A DNA stretch of 61,282 nt, counting the filler. It is 5 parts of 5 records of this genome, joined end to end, with 100 filler letters (N's around TTAATTAATTAA, not from the genome) between each part and the next. Parts side by side here need not be neighbours in the genome. Positions count along the whole stretch, not along the records: positions 28,871 to 44,800 come from SRR31156797_22202; positions 44,901 to 61,282 come from SRR31156797_22216; 3 more parts are not named here. One strand, 5' to 3'. Below the pieces are notes generated by a model. The model did not search any database, was not told the DNA's origin, and saw only the letters and a list, made by a program, of their open reading frames with translations. The translations under genes were made by a program, and so were the position numbers. Below are positions 39,284 through 48,843 of this stretch, piece by piece. The first letter of the stretch is position 1, and each line of letters begins with the position of its first letter.

Positions 39284-40069
39284 ATGACGACACCCCTTAC
39301 CATATCCGATCTCGGTAACAAATTGAATCGATATGTATTTGACTATGCGGATACTTTTAATGAAACGAATTGGTGGCGCGAACCTCTTCTTGCTGCTGGT
39401 CGTGTCGATGAACGATTTGAAATGCTGCCGAAAATAGCAACCGGCAACCATTGGCTACCGACTGACCTACTGGAGACGGCCAAAACAGTAATTGTATTTT
39501 TCATTCCATTCAGAAAGTCGTTGATAGTAGAAAACCATGAAGGGAAATATCCCTGTGAAAACTGGGGAATTGCTTATGACGTGACCAACGAACTAATTGA
39601 AAGGGCTGGTGAACACCTCAAATTCTATCTAAATAGGTTTGGATACAAAGTTGCGCTGACACCAGCGACTGAAAATTTCGATCCGGAAAAATTAGTGGCG
39701 CGTTGGTCGCACAAACATTTGGGTTATTTATGTAACCTTGGGCGATTTGGCATCAATGCTCAATTCATAACACCTGCGGGTTGCTCAGGACGGTTGGGAA
39801 GTTTTGTCACTGATGCTGATTTCGGAGACCGTCCGTTAGTAGAAGAAAAAGAACTTTGCTTATATAAAAACGGCAAGGAATGTCTTCGCTGTGTTAGCCG
39901 GTGCCCTGTGAAAGCGATCAGCACGGACGGTATCGACCGTCATCGATGCAATAAACATTTAGGTTTCATTCGTAATTATCGCAACAAGCTCGGTATCGGT
40001 GCTCGAACCAAGGGATGTGCCAAATGCCAGGTGAACCTGCCTTGCAGCATGGTTGCACCAACACCGTAG
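39284..40069 (+). CDS. QueG/reductive-dehalogenase-like Fe-S protein
   Basis: WSHKH..LGRFG..GCSGRLGS, C-x7-CLRCVSRCP and CAKC..PC cysteine clusters. Confidence 0.75.
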   Translation: MTTPLTISDLGNKLNRYVFDYADTFNETNWWREPLLAAGRVDERFEMLPKIATGNHWLPTDLLETAKTVIVFFIPFRKSLIVENHEGKYPCENWGIAYDVTNELIERAGEHLKFYLNRFGYKVALTPATENFDPEKLVARWSHKHLGYLCNLGRFGINAQFITPAGCSGRLGSFVTDADFGDRPLVEEKELCLYKNGKECLRCVSRCPVKAISTDGIDRHRCNKHLGFIRNYRNKLGIGARTKGCAKCQVNLPCSMVAPTP

Positions 40070-40519
40070 CCCATGTTCTTTTGCCGGAACAATGAGGGCG
40101 GCATTAAATCCATTTTTTCTCTACCCCGGCGTTGTAAACCTCTGGGGGGCAGAGCCGAGGCACCAAGAGTGAAGCCGTGGCGATTTACTGCGATCGCTCG
40201 GCAACGCCGGATCTGGGGGCCTCAAATTTTGCCGGCAGGGTAAAATAATGAACAATTTATCGCTACGTCCTGGCCTGCACATTTGGGCGACTGCGGGGCG
40301 CGAAAAAATAATAATTATTATCAATTATTTCCTATAGTAACGATAGGTTACGTAATTTTTATGCATCGATGGGGTCTACCTGGCCAAAGAGGATTGTCTT
40401 GGCAAAATACTGAAAATAAAACAGAGATTCCCCCTCAGCATGGTGAGAAATGCCAGCACAAAACATCTACTCGGCAGGAACGTTTTTTAATCTTATTGAT
40501 GATCTTAAGGAGTGGAATA

Positions 40520-41692
40520 ATGATCATTCAAGACACCTTTACATTCAATCATAAGACTCGTATTTGCTTCGGTCCGGGCGTAATAAAAAAGATAGGAGAA
40601 GAAACAAGAAAGTATGGTGATAGGATTTTCATTATCTGCGATGACGGTGTAGTAAAAGCCGGAATTGTTAAAAAAGTGACAGACCACTTAGATCACATCG
40701 GTTTCGACTATTTAGTTTTCAATGAAGTTATGCAAAACCCCCGCGATATCGGATGCATTGAAGCCGCCGAAGCAGGAAAGGCCTTTAAGGCCAATGTCCT
40801 GATAGGAATTGGCGGAGGAAGTGCAATGGATGCCGCGAAAGCGGTAAATGTGCTGATGACCAACGGTGGCGAATTGCAAAGATGGTCCGAAGTGCGAAAA
40901 TTCGAAACCGATGTACTGCCTTTAATTTGTGTCCCAACAACATCTGGTACTGGAAGTGAAGTAACTTTCGAAGCCGTCATCACAAATACAAAAACGCATA
41001 AGAAGATTTCAATATCAGATGGATCCGCATTGGCACCCAAATTGGCAATCATGGATCCGGAACTGACCTTGACCCTTCCTCCCCTTGTTACGGCTTCAAC
41101 AGGAATAGATGCGCTGACCCATGCGATTGAGGCGTATACATGTAAGTACTCAAATCCATTGTCAGACGGACTTGCCGTATATGCCACCGATAAAATAGCA
41201 AATAGCATAGAAAAAGCAGTAAAAGACGGCTCAAACCTGGAAGCAAGAACGGATATGATGGTCGGTAGCTTGATGGCTGGAATGGCTTTTACGAATTCGT
41301 ATGTAGGGTCGGTTCACGCGATTGCGGAAGTAATAGGAGGTTATTATGACACGCCTCATGGCATAGCAAATTCAATTTTTTTGCCTATAGTCACTGAGTA
41401 TAATATGACTGCCGACCCGGAAAAGCATGCAATTGCGGCAAGATGTTTAGGTGTTGAAACCGAAGGAATGCGTTATATCAAAGCCGCCCGAAAAGGTGTG
41501 GAGAAAATCTTCGACCTGTCTAAAACGTTGGGAATTCCGACGTTCAAGGATATAGAAGGAGTGAATACCAAAGACTTTGAAGCTATCGCAAGGGATTGCG
41601 TCAAGCACAATTGCACAAAAGCCAATGCAAGGGGCATTGGATATGAAGAGTACTTAAATATACTTGAACAAGCGTATGGTGTAGAAAAATGA
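40520..41692 (+). CDS. Iron-containing alcohol dehydrogenase
   Basis: GGGSAMDAAK, PTTSGTGSEVT, DALTHAIE and HAIA..HG motifs; AAGGAG RBS. Confidence 0.95.
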   Translation: MIIQDTFTFNHKTRICFGPGVIKKIGEETRKYGDRIFIICDDGVVKAGIVKKVTDHLDHIGFDYLVFNEVMQNPRDIGCIEAAEAGKAFKANVLIGIGGGSAMDAAKAVNVLMTNGGELQRWSEVRKFETDVLPLICVPTTSGTGSEVTFEAVITNTKTHKKISISDGSALAPKLAIMDPELTLTLPPLVTASTGIDALTHAIEAYTCKYSNPLSDGLAVYATDKIANSIEKAVKDGSNLEARTDMMVGSLMAGMAFTNSYVGSVHAIAEVIGGYYDTPHGIANSIFLPIVTEYNMTADPEKHAIAARCLGVETEGMRYIKAARKGVEKIFDLSKTLGIPTFKDIEGVNTKDFEAIARDCVKHNCTKANARGIGYEEYLNILEQAYGVEK

Positions 41693-41764
41693 TACGCCAT
41701 AAAGCTTCTGATCGGTGACGATGCCTGGAAAAAATCAGCAGAATGCGTACATGGAGTGTTAAAA

Positions 41765-43177
41765 ATGGAGAAATTAGGACTTTTTATTGGTGGACGCTGG
41801 ATGGATAGCCATGGCGGCAAGTATTTAGACGTTGAAAATCCTGCTACACGGGAAATAATTGCCCAAGTTCCGGATGGAAACGAAACAGATGTAAATGTAG
41901 CTGTTAAAGCCGCCCAAAAAGCATTCCCCGAATGGAAACAGACTACGCCGGATGTGCGTTGTGATCTGATGCTCAAGGTAGCTTCTTATTTTGAAACGCA
42001 CATGGAGGAAATAGCACAAACCATTACTGCAGAATTGGGCGCTCCCGTCGACATGGTCAACGGATGGCACATCGCGACGCCGATCTCCGAAGCAAGATAT
42101 TGTGCTAAGATGGTAAAACGATTCCCTTATGAAGTGGACTACCCGGGCTTAATAATAAGAAGAGAGCCGATTGGTATTGTCGCGGGTCTAACGCCATGGA
42201 ATTATCCATTGGACCAGATTACGGTTAAGCTTTTACCTGCAATTGCGGCTGGCAATTGTGTCATCTTAAAGCCCAGCCAGACCGCACCCCTTTCCGCCTA
42301 CCATTTTGTCAAAGCGATAGAAGCCGCTAAATTCCCTCCAGGGGTTGTCAACCTGGTCACTGGGCGAGGAAGTCAGGTAGGTAGCTGCCTTGCGTCCCAT
42401 CCAGATATCCAGATGATATCATTCACGGGTTCAACTGCTGCGGGAAGAGAGGTTGGAACGCTTGCACTCGGCAACATAAAAAAACTGGCTCTCGAACTGG
42501 GAGGGAAATCTGCTTCAGTCGTGTTAAAAAGCGCTGATTATGAAAAAGCGGTTAATGATACGCTTTCAAAATGCTTTATGAACACCGGGCAGACGTGCAG
42601 TGCCTTAACAAGAATGCTGATCCCGATAGAAGACAAAGAAGAAATAGAAAGAATGGTCATTGAGAAGTCAGGATCGTTCAAAATCGGTAACCCGTCGCAG
42701 ACCGGTATCGATATAGGGCCTCTAGTGAATCTGAAGCAGTTTAAAACCGTAAAAAGATATATCGAAATAGGCCTTGAAGAAGGGGCGAAAAAGATATTCG
42801 GTGACATACCGGATACCTGTGAAAACGGATACTATGTAGAACCCGTCGTATTCACCGATGTCAAGAATACGATGAAAATCGCCGAAGAGGAAATTTTTGG
42901 TCCGGTATTATGTATCATTCCTTATAAAAGCATGGAAGAGGCTGAGCAAATAGCTAACGACAGTCCATACGGCCTGTCCGGTGCGGTGTTTGGTGAATCT
43001 TCGGAAGCCAAAGCTTTTTCAGATAAAATGGAAACCGGTGTCATTCATATTAATGGTTCGCCTTTTACTTCAGATGCGCCTTTTGGGGGCTATAAGCAAT
43101 CCGGTATTGGCAGAGAAAACGGATTGTTTGGTTTCGAAGAATTTCTTGAAACAAAAGCGATGTTACTGTCCTGTTAA
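41765..43177 (+). CDS. Aldehyde dehydrogenase
   Basis: TPWNYP, FTGST, LELGGK, GQTC, EEIFGP and PFGGYKQSG motifs. Confidence 0.96.
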   Translation: MEKLGLFIGGRWMDSHGGKYLDVENPATREIIAQVPDGNETDVNVAVKAAQKAFPEWKQTTPDVRCDLMLKVASYFETHMEEIAQTITAELGAPVDMVNGWHIATPISEARYCAKMVKRFPYEVDYPGLIIRREPIGIVAGLTPWNYPLDQITVKLLPAIAAGNCVILKPSQTAPLSAYHFVKAIEAAKFPPGVVNLVTGRGSQVGSCLASHPDIQMISFTGSTAAGREVGTLALGNIKKLALELGGKSASVVLKSADYEKAVNDTLSKCFMNTGQTCSALTRMLIPIEDKEEIERMVIEKSGSFKIGNPSQTGIDIGPLVNLKQFKTVKRYIEIGLEEGAKKIFGDIPDTCENGYYVEPVVFTDVKNTMKIAEEEIFGPVLCIIPYKSMEEAEQIANDSPYGLSGAVFGESSEAKAFSDKMETGVIHINGSPFTSDAPFGGYKQSGIGRENGLFGFEEFLETKAMLLSC

Positions 43178-43202
43178 ACCCATCAACTGAGAGGAGAAAG
43201 CT

Positions 43203-44303
43203 GTGAGAGAAGCAAAATCGAAAATTTGGATGATTATCTTTACGTCTGTTATAACCTTAAGCTTGGGACTTGTTTGTGACGGCCTTTCGACAAAAGCCGA
43301 AGCCAAACGCAACCATCTCGTTGTTCAAACATGGGGTGGAACACTTGGAGAAGCCCTTCAAATTGCCTATTTTACCCCTTTTACAGAGGAGACCGGCATT
43401 AAGGTGGTCCAGGTTGAAGCGGGTGCAGATATGGGCGGCAAGCTGGGTGCCATGTACCGTGCCAACAATATCGAATGGGACATGGCCACCGGCAGTTACG
43501 AAAATCACATGAAGAGATATTATGATAAAGGTTTTCTCGGAGACATCGATTACACGATCGTAAAGGATACCGATGGCATGCTACCCGGCACGATCAAACC
43601 CTGGGGCGTTGGTCAGCATCTGGAGGGGCTTTGCCTGGTCTATAACACAAAAGCGTTTCCAGACCCTGCCAAGGCGCCGAAGACATGGGCCGATTTTTTT
43701 AATGTGGAAAAGTTTCCCGGTCCGAGGGCTATGCACAACTGGGGAGCACCCTCAGATAACCTTGCGATTGCCATGCTTGCCGCCGGCCTTTCGAAGGACG
43801 ATCTTTTCCCGCTCGACTGGGACAAGGCGCTCGGCATGATGGATAAAGTCAAGGAAAATGTGAAAGTTTGGTACACCTCGGGAAACCAGTTGGTGCAGGC
43901 CCTGCAGGATGAAGAGGTGGTCATGGCCGTTTCGACCGACGGCCGCGCACGTCAGGCTATCAAGAACGGTGCGCCGGTTCAGGTATCCTGGAGTCAAAGC
44001 TTTTACTTCTTGACCTGGTGGTGTGTGACCAAGGACGCACCCATGAGAGAAGCTGCCATGCGTTTGATTAATTTCACCTGCCGTCCGGACCGCCAGGCGG
44101 TTTTCACCAAACATATGGGATACAGTGCGACAAATGCCAAAATGATCGATTATCTGCCTGATGAGCTCAAAAAACAGCAGACAACCCATCCCGACAATAT
44201 TGGCAAGGTGTTTAACATGATGGAAGTGAAAAACGCCAGAGAGTGGATGCTGCCAAACATGGCCGACATCGAAGAGCGTTGGAACACATGGATCGCGCGG
44301 TAA
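43203..44303 (+). CDS. PotD/PotF-like (polyamine/opine family) ABC substrate-binding protein
   Basis: TWGG..YFTPFTEETGIKV, EWD and KTWADFFNVEKFPGPR motifs; GTG start with GAGGAG. Confidence 0.88.
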   Translation: MREAKSKIWMIIFTSVITLSLGLVCDGLSTKAEAKRNHLVVQTWGGTLGEALQIAYFTPFTEETGIKVVQVEAGADMGGKLGAMYRANNIEWDMATGSYENHMKRYYDKGFLGDIDYTIVKDTDGMLPGTIKPWGVGQHLEGLCLVYNTKAFPDPAKAPKTWADFFNVEKFPGPRAMHNWGAPSDNLAIAMLAAGLSKDDLFPLDWDKALGMMDKVKENVKVWYTSGNQLVQALQDEEVVMAVSTDGRARQAIKNGAPVQVSWSQSFYFLTWWCVTKDAPMREAAMRLINFTCRPDRQAVFTKHMGYSATNAKMIDYLPDELKKQQTTHPDNIGKVFNMMEVKNAREWMLPNMADIEERWNTWIAR

Positions 44304-44354
44304 TTTTCTTTCCAGCAACCGCGTATATGATAATCAGGTTGAACGCGTAGAATC

Positions 44355-44412
44355 AAAAGGGAGAGAGAATCAGCAAAGTGGCGTACCGAACCGATTCGTT
44401 CTCTCCCTTTTT
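44355..44412 (+). terminator. Stem-loop/terminator after the SBP gene
   Basis: AAAAGGGAGAGA ... TCTCTCCCTTTTT stem with inner GAATC/GATTC pairing. Confidence 0.6.
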
Positions 44413-44537
44413 ACTTGTTTGAGTGCGTGCGCAATTTTCTGACGAAAAAGATGTTGCATCCTTTCACCGCCAGGTGGAGCGCGCGCGTTATGCAGTTTTC
44501 ACCATTTAAACAAGTTTCAGTCCTTCTGGAGGTACCG

Positions 44538-44800
44538 TTGAATAAAGTCAAGAATCCTAAAAGGCGCGGATCCATCCGCAGCTATTCACTGCTGCAGTCG
44601 TTGATAATGATCGGGCCGTTGCTGCTGATTCTCAGTCTCTTCTACTTATATCCCCTGTTATCGCTTTTCCCCGAAAGCGTTTTCATAAAGGGTGAATTCA
44701 CCCTTGAACACTTCGATCATTTTTTCAGAGAACCGCTCTACCTGCTTGTATTGTTTCGGACATTCAAGATCGCCTTCTTTGTGACCGGGTTGTGTTTTAT
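44538..44800 (+). CDS. PotB-like ABC permease, N-terminal part (TTG start, truncated)
   Basis: GGAGG RBS; PLLLILSLFYLYPL..FTLEHF..PLYLLVLFRTFKIA. Confidence 0.8.
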
Positions 44801-44900
44801 NNNNNNNNNNNNNNNNNNNNNNNNNNNNNNNNNNNNNNNNNNNNTTAATTAATTAANNNNNNNNNNNNNNNNNNNNNNNNNNNNNNNNNNNNNNNNNNNN
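44801..44900. other. Artificial contig linker
   Basis: N44-TTAATTAATTAA-N44. Confidence 0.98.
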
Positions 44901-44970
44901 AAAGCTCTTTAACTCCTCCGCAAAGCTCTTCGTAGCTTCCTAATTTATCTCCAATTACAAGTATCTTCAT
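44901..44970 (-). CDS. fixB: ETF alpha subunit (FixB/YdiR-like), first 23 codons
   Basis: GGAG RBS then MKILVIGDKLGSYEELCGGVKEL, directly downstream of fixA. Confidence 0.6.
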
Positions 44971-44979
44971 GTTCATCTC

Positions 44980-45741
44980 CTAACCCAGTACTGATTTTAT
45001 TTTTTCGTAAAATTCTGCTACCTTATCGTCGCCTTCAACAATAACATTCATACGGTCTGCCTGTTTCGGAGCCAATACACTCACAACTTCAACAGTAGAC
45101 TCAGGAGCCTCTATTTCAACATCAGTAAATGAGAACTCAGTCACTTTCTTCTTACCGGCAGCAAGTATCTCTTTCATCCCAGGCAGGCGGGGAATATTGA
45201 TATCTGATGTTACACAGATAACAGCAGGGAGAGGAACTTCCAGAACCTCTACCAAATCGTCAAGCGAACGCTCAACAACAACCTTATCACCGTTTGGAGT
45301 TACCTTGCTCACAGAGTTAACAACAGGGACATCCAGTATTTCGCCAACCTGCACCCCTGTTTGCTGTGCATAGAAATCCGCAGAACCTTCACCACATATG
45401 ATAAGGTCAAAACCTATCTTTTGTGCTGCAGCAGCGATGGACTTTGCTGTCTGATTTGTGTCTGAATTTTTGAGTGAATCATCTTTGACAAGATAGAGTT
45501 CCTCTGGACCTCTAGAGAGAATACCTTTTCTTAGTTTGCTGTTTTCCAGCACAGCATCACCTACGGAAAGTGCTTTTATAGAACCGCCTGTTGCGTCTGC
45601 AATAAGAACTCCTTCCTCTACGGCATTCAGGTCATAAAGACTGAGTTTAAGCTCTGCACGGTCAAACGAAAGATTACCGTCAGGAGCAACAACAATATCC
45701 TGCTCTTCATAAACAACTTTATAACAAACTAATACGTTCAT
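44980..45741 (-). CDS. fixA: ETF beta subunit, FixA/YdiQ type
   Basis: VCYKVVYEEQDIVV, DLNAVEE, LSRGP, GEGSADFYAQQTG and INIPRLP motifs. Confidence 0.92.
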   Translation of the reverse strand: MNVLVCYKVVYEEQDIVVAPDGNLSFDRAELKLSLYDLNAVEEGVLIADATGGSIKALSVGDAVLENSKLRKGILSRGPEELYLVKDDSLKNSDTNQTAKSIAAAAQKIGFDLIICGEGSADFYAQQTGVQVGEILDVPVVNSVSKVTPNGDKVVVERSLDDLVEVLEVPLPAVICVTSDINIPRLPGMKEILAAGKKKVTEFSFTDVEIEAPESTVEVVSVLAPKQADRMNVIVEGDDKVAEFYEKIKSVLG

Positions 45742-45751
45742 ATTTATCTCC

Positions 45752-46735
45752 TTAATATATTTTTGATCTTTTTTTACTATAGTAAACAACGCCGTCAGCC
45801 TGCATCTCTTTGCAAAGGATGCCTTTATTTACAAGGTGGGTTAGATGCGACAGTGCTTCCCCAACCGCAAATATCTTGTGAACCATTTGGAAATCCTTCC
45901 ACTCGGTACGCAGCCCCCATGTCATTTGACTAGCTGTCTGAAGTCCGCTCATTTTATTGTTTCCGAGAATGTTCAGGATGTCTTCCATACGTTTATAACA
46001 ATGCTCTTTCAGCTCTAGAATGCGTGCGTAGCAGTTATCTATGGTCTTGCGATGAGCAGGAAATATCTTGTCTACCTGCAGTCCTGAAATCTTATCAAGA
46101 TTTTTAAGATAATCACCGAGTGGGTCGTCCTGTCCTTCCCATGGTGGAGCCCATAGAGTAATATTAGGAGTAATCTCGGAAAGGATATGGTCACCCGAAA
46201 AAAGTACTTTTCTCCTTTCGTCATACAGACAAAAGTGATCAGGAGCATGTCCTGCCGTATCAACACAGGTAAGTTTCCATTTACCAACATTTATAACCTC
46301 TCTATCTTTGACAACATGAGGGTTACAGACACGTTCGGGGATGTGTTTTTCCACACCCATAGACACCTCAGCCATATTTAGACCGCTCTGTGCAAGCACA
46401 TCATAAATGTAGTCCCATGTCTTTATGCCTGCCTCAAACGTCTTTACCGTAAATTCACCGCAATAGACAGTGTTGTCCTCTCTGGACAGACATCCGGAAA
46501 GCCCTGCGTGGTCACTGTGTGCATGTGTGATAAATATATCTGTGGTCCCCATAGAAAAACCAAGAGCTGCCATCGCACTTTGCATCGCCTTCATGCATTC
46601 ATCGGTATTAAATCCCGTATCAATAAGCATATTCCGTTCTTTGCCGCACAAAAGATAAGAATTCAATACGGAAAGCGGATTATCAGGGAGCGGTATTTCT
46701 ATCCTGTATAGGTCCTCATATATTTTCTCAATCAT
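45752..46735 (-). CDS. MBL-fold metallo-hydrolase
   Basis: THAHSDHAG, GHAPDH, FSGDHIL..ITPN and FPAH motifs. Confidence 0.9.
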   Translation of the reverse strand: MIEKIYEDLYRIEIPLPDNPLSVLNSYLLCGKERNMLIDTGFNTDECMKAMQSAMAALGFSMGTTDIFITHAHSDHAGLSGCLSREDNTVYCGEFTVKTFEAGIKTWDYIYDVLAQSGLNMAEVSMGVEKHIPERVCNPHVVKDREVINVGKWKLTCVDTAGHAPDHFCLYDERRKVLFSGDHILSEITPNITLWAPPWEGQDDPLGDYLKNLDKISGLQVDKIFPAHRKTIDNCYARILELKEHCYKRMEDILNILGNNKMSGLQTASQMTWGLRTEWKDFQMVHKIFAVGEALSHLTHLVNKGILCKEMQADGVVYYSKKRSKIY

Positions 46736-46908
46736 AACTATTTGGTTCCCTTAAAGTTTTCAATTTTTATGATTCATAAAGGCACTACAGCTCTTATGCG
46801 GTTTTTTCAATGAGTTTACATAAGTGGATTTATTATATTCGGTTTAAAACATCCTACTTTTATTGTTTTGAGCTGAATTATGCCTTTCTGAAACTTTTAA
46901 TTTATTTA

Positions 46909-48060
46909 TTAATCCATGTATTTTTTAAGTATTGCTCTACCCATGATGTGAACCATAATCTCGTCTGTCCCACCACCTATGCGGAATACTCGTGCGTCTC
47001 TCCAAAGTCTGGACACTCTTGTATCGTTTGTATACCCAATGCCGCCGTGAAGCTGGAGAGCCTGATCGATAACTTCGTTACCCGCCTGGGCACAATAAAG
47101 CTTGCACATTGCTGATGATATCTGTACGGATTTACCCTGATCCATCTCCCCAGCACATCTGTAAACCATGTTTCTCATGTTCTCGATCTTGGTATACATC
47201 TCTGCGATTTTAAGCTGTGTTATCTGTTGTTTTGCGATGGGTTTGCCGAACTGTACACGCTGATTAACGTATGTGGCTGCATCTTTAAATGCACACTCTG
47301 CCATACCTAGGATATATGCAGCCATTATGAGACGTTCGATCTCAAAGTTTTCCATAAGCTGCATGAAGCCATGCCCCTCTTTACCTAGCATATTGGATTC
47401 ATCAAGCTCCACATTTTCAAGGTAAACCTCGCATGTGTGGTTCATCTTCCAGCCGACTTTGTCCAGCTTCTCAAATTTGATATTATCTTTGTTCTTAGCA
47501 ATATCTATCCACCACATAGTAAAAGCTTTAGACATATCTTCGACGTCAAAGTCACGTGTCATACACATCATATACGGGCATCTGTCGCCCTCAGTGATAA
47601 ATGTCTTATTACCGTTGATATATACTTTTCCGTCTTTGCGTGTGAATGTAGCTGCGATTCTGTTTGTATCTGAGCCAGCCTGCGGTTCTGTAATACCAAG
47701 GCTGAAACCGAGGCGTCCCTCTTTTACTACTTCTATAGTCTGAGCTATCTGCTCTTTATTTCCGAAACTGAGGATATCCTTGATCTGAAGAGGAGAGCTT
47801 AGGAGGTTATGCGGAGCACCAAATTTACAAAGGTGTTCAGCTACGAGTATTTGAGTCATATAGTCTACAGGAACTCCGCCATATTCCTCAGGTACACCAA
47901 GGAGTCCAAAGCCGTTATCAATGAGCGATTTGATAAACTCCACAGGTTGTTTTTCTTCTCTGTCACATTCTTTCCAGTAAAGCTCAGGACCTTCATTTTC
48001 AACAAGTTCCTTAAGGCTGTCAAGCAGCAGTTGCTGCTCTTCTGTTAATGTAAAATCCAT
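46909..48060 (-). CDS. Acyl-CoA dehydrogenase/reductase, YdiO/CaiA type
   Basis: MDFTLTEEQQLLL, TEPQAGSD, FTMWWID, KVGW..TCEVY and RIGGGTDEIM; closely resembles E. coli YdiO as recalled. Confidence 0.93.
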   Translation of the reverse strand: MDFTLTEEQQLLLDSLKELVENEGPELYWKECDREEKQPVEFIKSLIDNGFGLLGVPEEYGGVPVDYMTQILVAEHLCKFGAPHNLLSSPLQIKDILSFGNKEQIAQTIEVVKEGRLGFSLGITEPQAGSDTNRIAATFTRKDGKVYINGNKTFITEGDRCPYMMCMTRDFDVEDMSKAFTMWWIDIAKNKDNIKFEKLDKVGWKMNHTCEVYLENVELDESNMLGKEGHGFMQLMENFEIERLIMAAYILGMAECAFKDAATYVNQRVQFGKPIAKQQITQLKIAEMYTKIENMRNMVYRCAGEMDQGKSVQISSAMCKLYCAQAGNEVIDQALQLHGGIGYTNDTRVSRLWRDARVFRIGGGTDEIMVHIMGRAILKKYMD

Positions 48061-48078
48061 ATTATTTCTCCAATGTAG

Positions 48079-48843
48079 TTATTTTTTTTTATTCAAAAAC
48101 GCTTCGACCAAATCTTTATGCTCTTGTGTCTGGCTACAAAAAGGTGTACTGAGAGTTTCAACATCCAGAATACTGCCAAGATCTTTGTGATATGTTGAGT
48201 TTGCTATGCGCTTAGTTATCGCTAATGACATAGATGGAACAGATGATATCTGTTTTGCAAATGTTAATGTCTCTTTGTCTAGGTAGTTATCCGCCACTAC
48301 TTTATTTACAAACCCCATATGAAGAGCTTCTTCGCCCGATACGATGCGGCCTGTGTACCAGAGCTCTTTCGCCCTCTGCATACCTATTAGCTGAGGCATG
48401 AACATCAACGCACCCATCTCTGGAACAATCCCTACTTTCAGGAAGTTACAGCTAAACTTAGTGCTCTCTCCCGCATAAATTATGTCACATGCAAGAGCGA
48501 GGCTCATCCCTCCGCCTACAGCATAGCCTTTGACTGATGCGATAACAGGTTTCTCCATATTCTGGATTGCCATAACTGTCTTGCCGTATTTACGCAGGGA
48601 ATGATGAGAACTCTCAATAGTATGCCCGCCAGGAGCAGCCTTCAGGTCTCCTCCTGAACAGAAATGGTCGCCTTCACCACCCAGAATAACAACTCTGACA
48701 TCTGGGTCTGCTTCAAGACTGTTGAAACAGTCAGTCATAATGTCCATCATGTCAGGATCTATAGCATTTCTACGCTCCGGCTTATTCAGCATCACGTAGC
48801 CGATGTCACTTTCTTTCTTTGTATATACTGTCGCCATTCTCAT
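48079..48843 (-). CDS. Crotonase-family protein (PaaG-like isomerase/hydratase)
   Basis: FCSGGDL, AVGGGMSLALACD and FLKVGIVPEMG motifs; ATGA overlap with the upstream gene. Confidence 0.9.
   Translation of the reverse strand: MRMATVYTKKESDIGYVMLNKPERRNAIDPDMMDIMTDCFNSLEADPDVRVVILGGEGDHFCSGGDLKAAPGGHTIESSHHSLRKYGKTVMAIQNMEKPVIASVKGYAVGGGMSLALACDIIYAGESTKFSCNFLKVGIVPEMGALMFMPQLIGMQRAKELWYTGRIVSGEEALHMGFVNKVVADNYLDKETLTFAKQISSVPSMSLAITKRIANSTYHKDLGSILDVETLSTPFCSQTQEHKDLVEAFLNKKK

Noticed and set aside
39284-40069. Gene symbol queG
   Set aside because: The protein is short and divergent and lies in a non-queuosine context; only a family-level call is supported
40283-40519. 79-aa N-terminal extension of the Fe-ADH
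   Set aside because: No homology, and a strong AAGGAG RBS precedes the ATG at 40520
40250-40519. sigma54 promoter upstream of the Fe-ADH
   Set aside because: Several TGGC words are present, but none has the GG-N10-GC spacing
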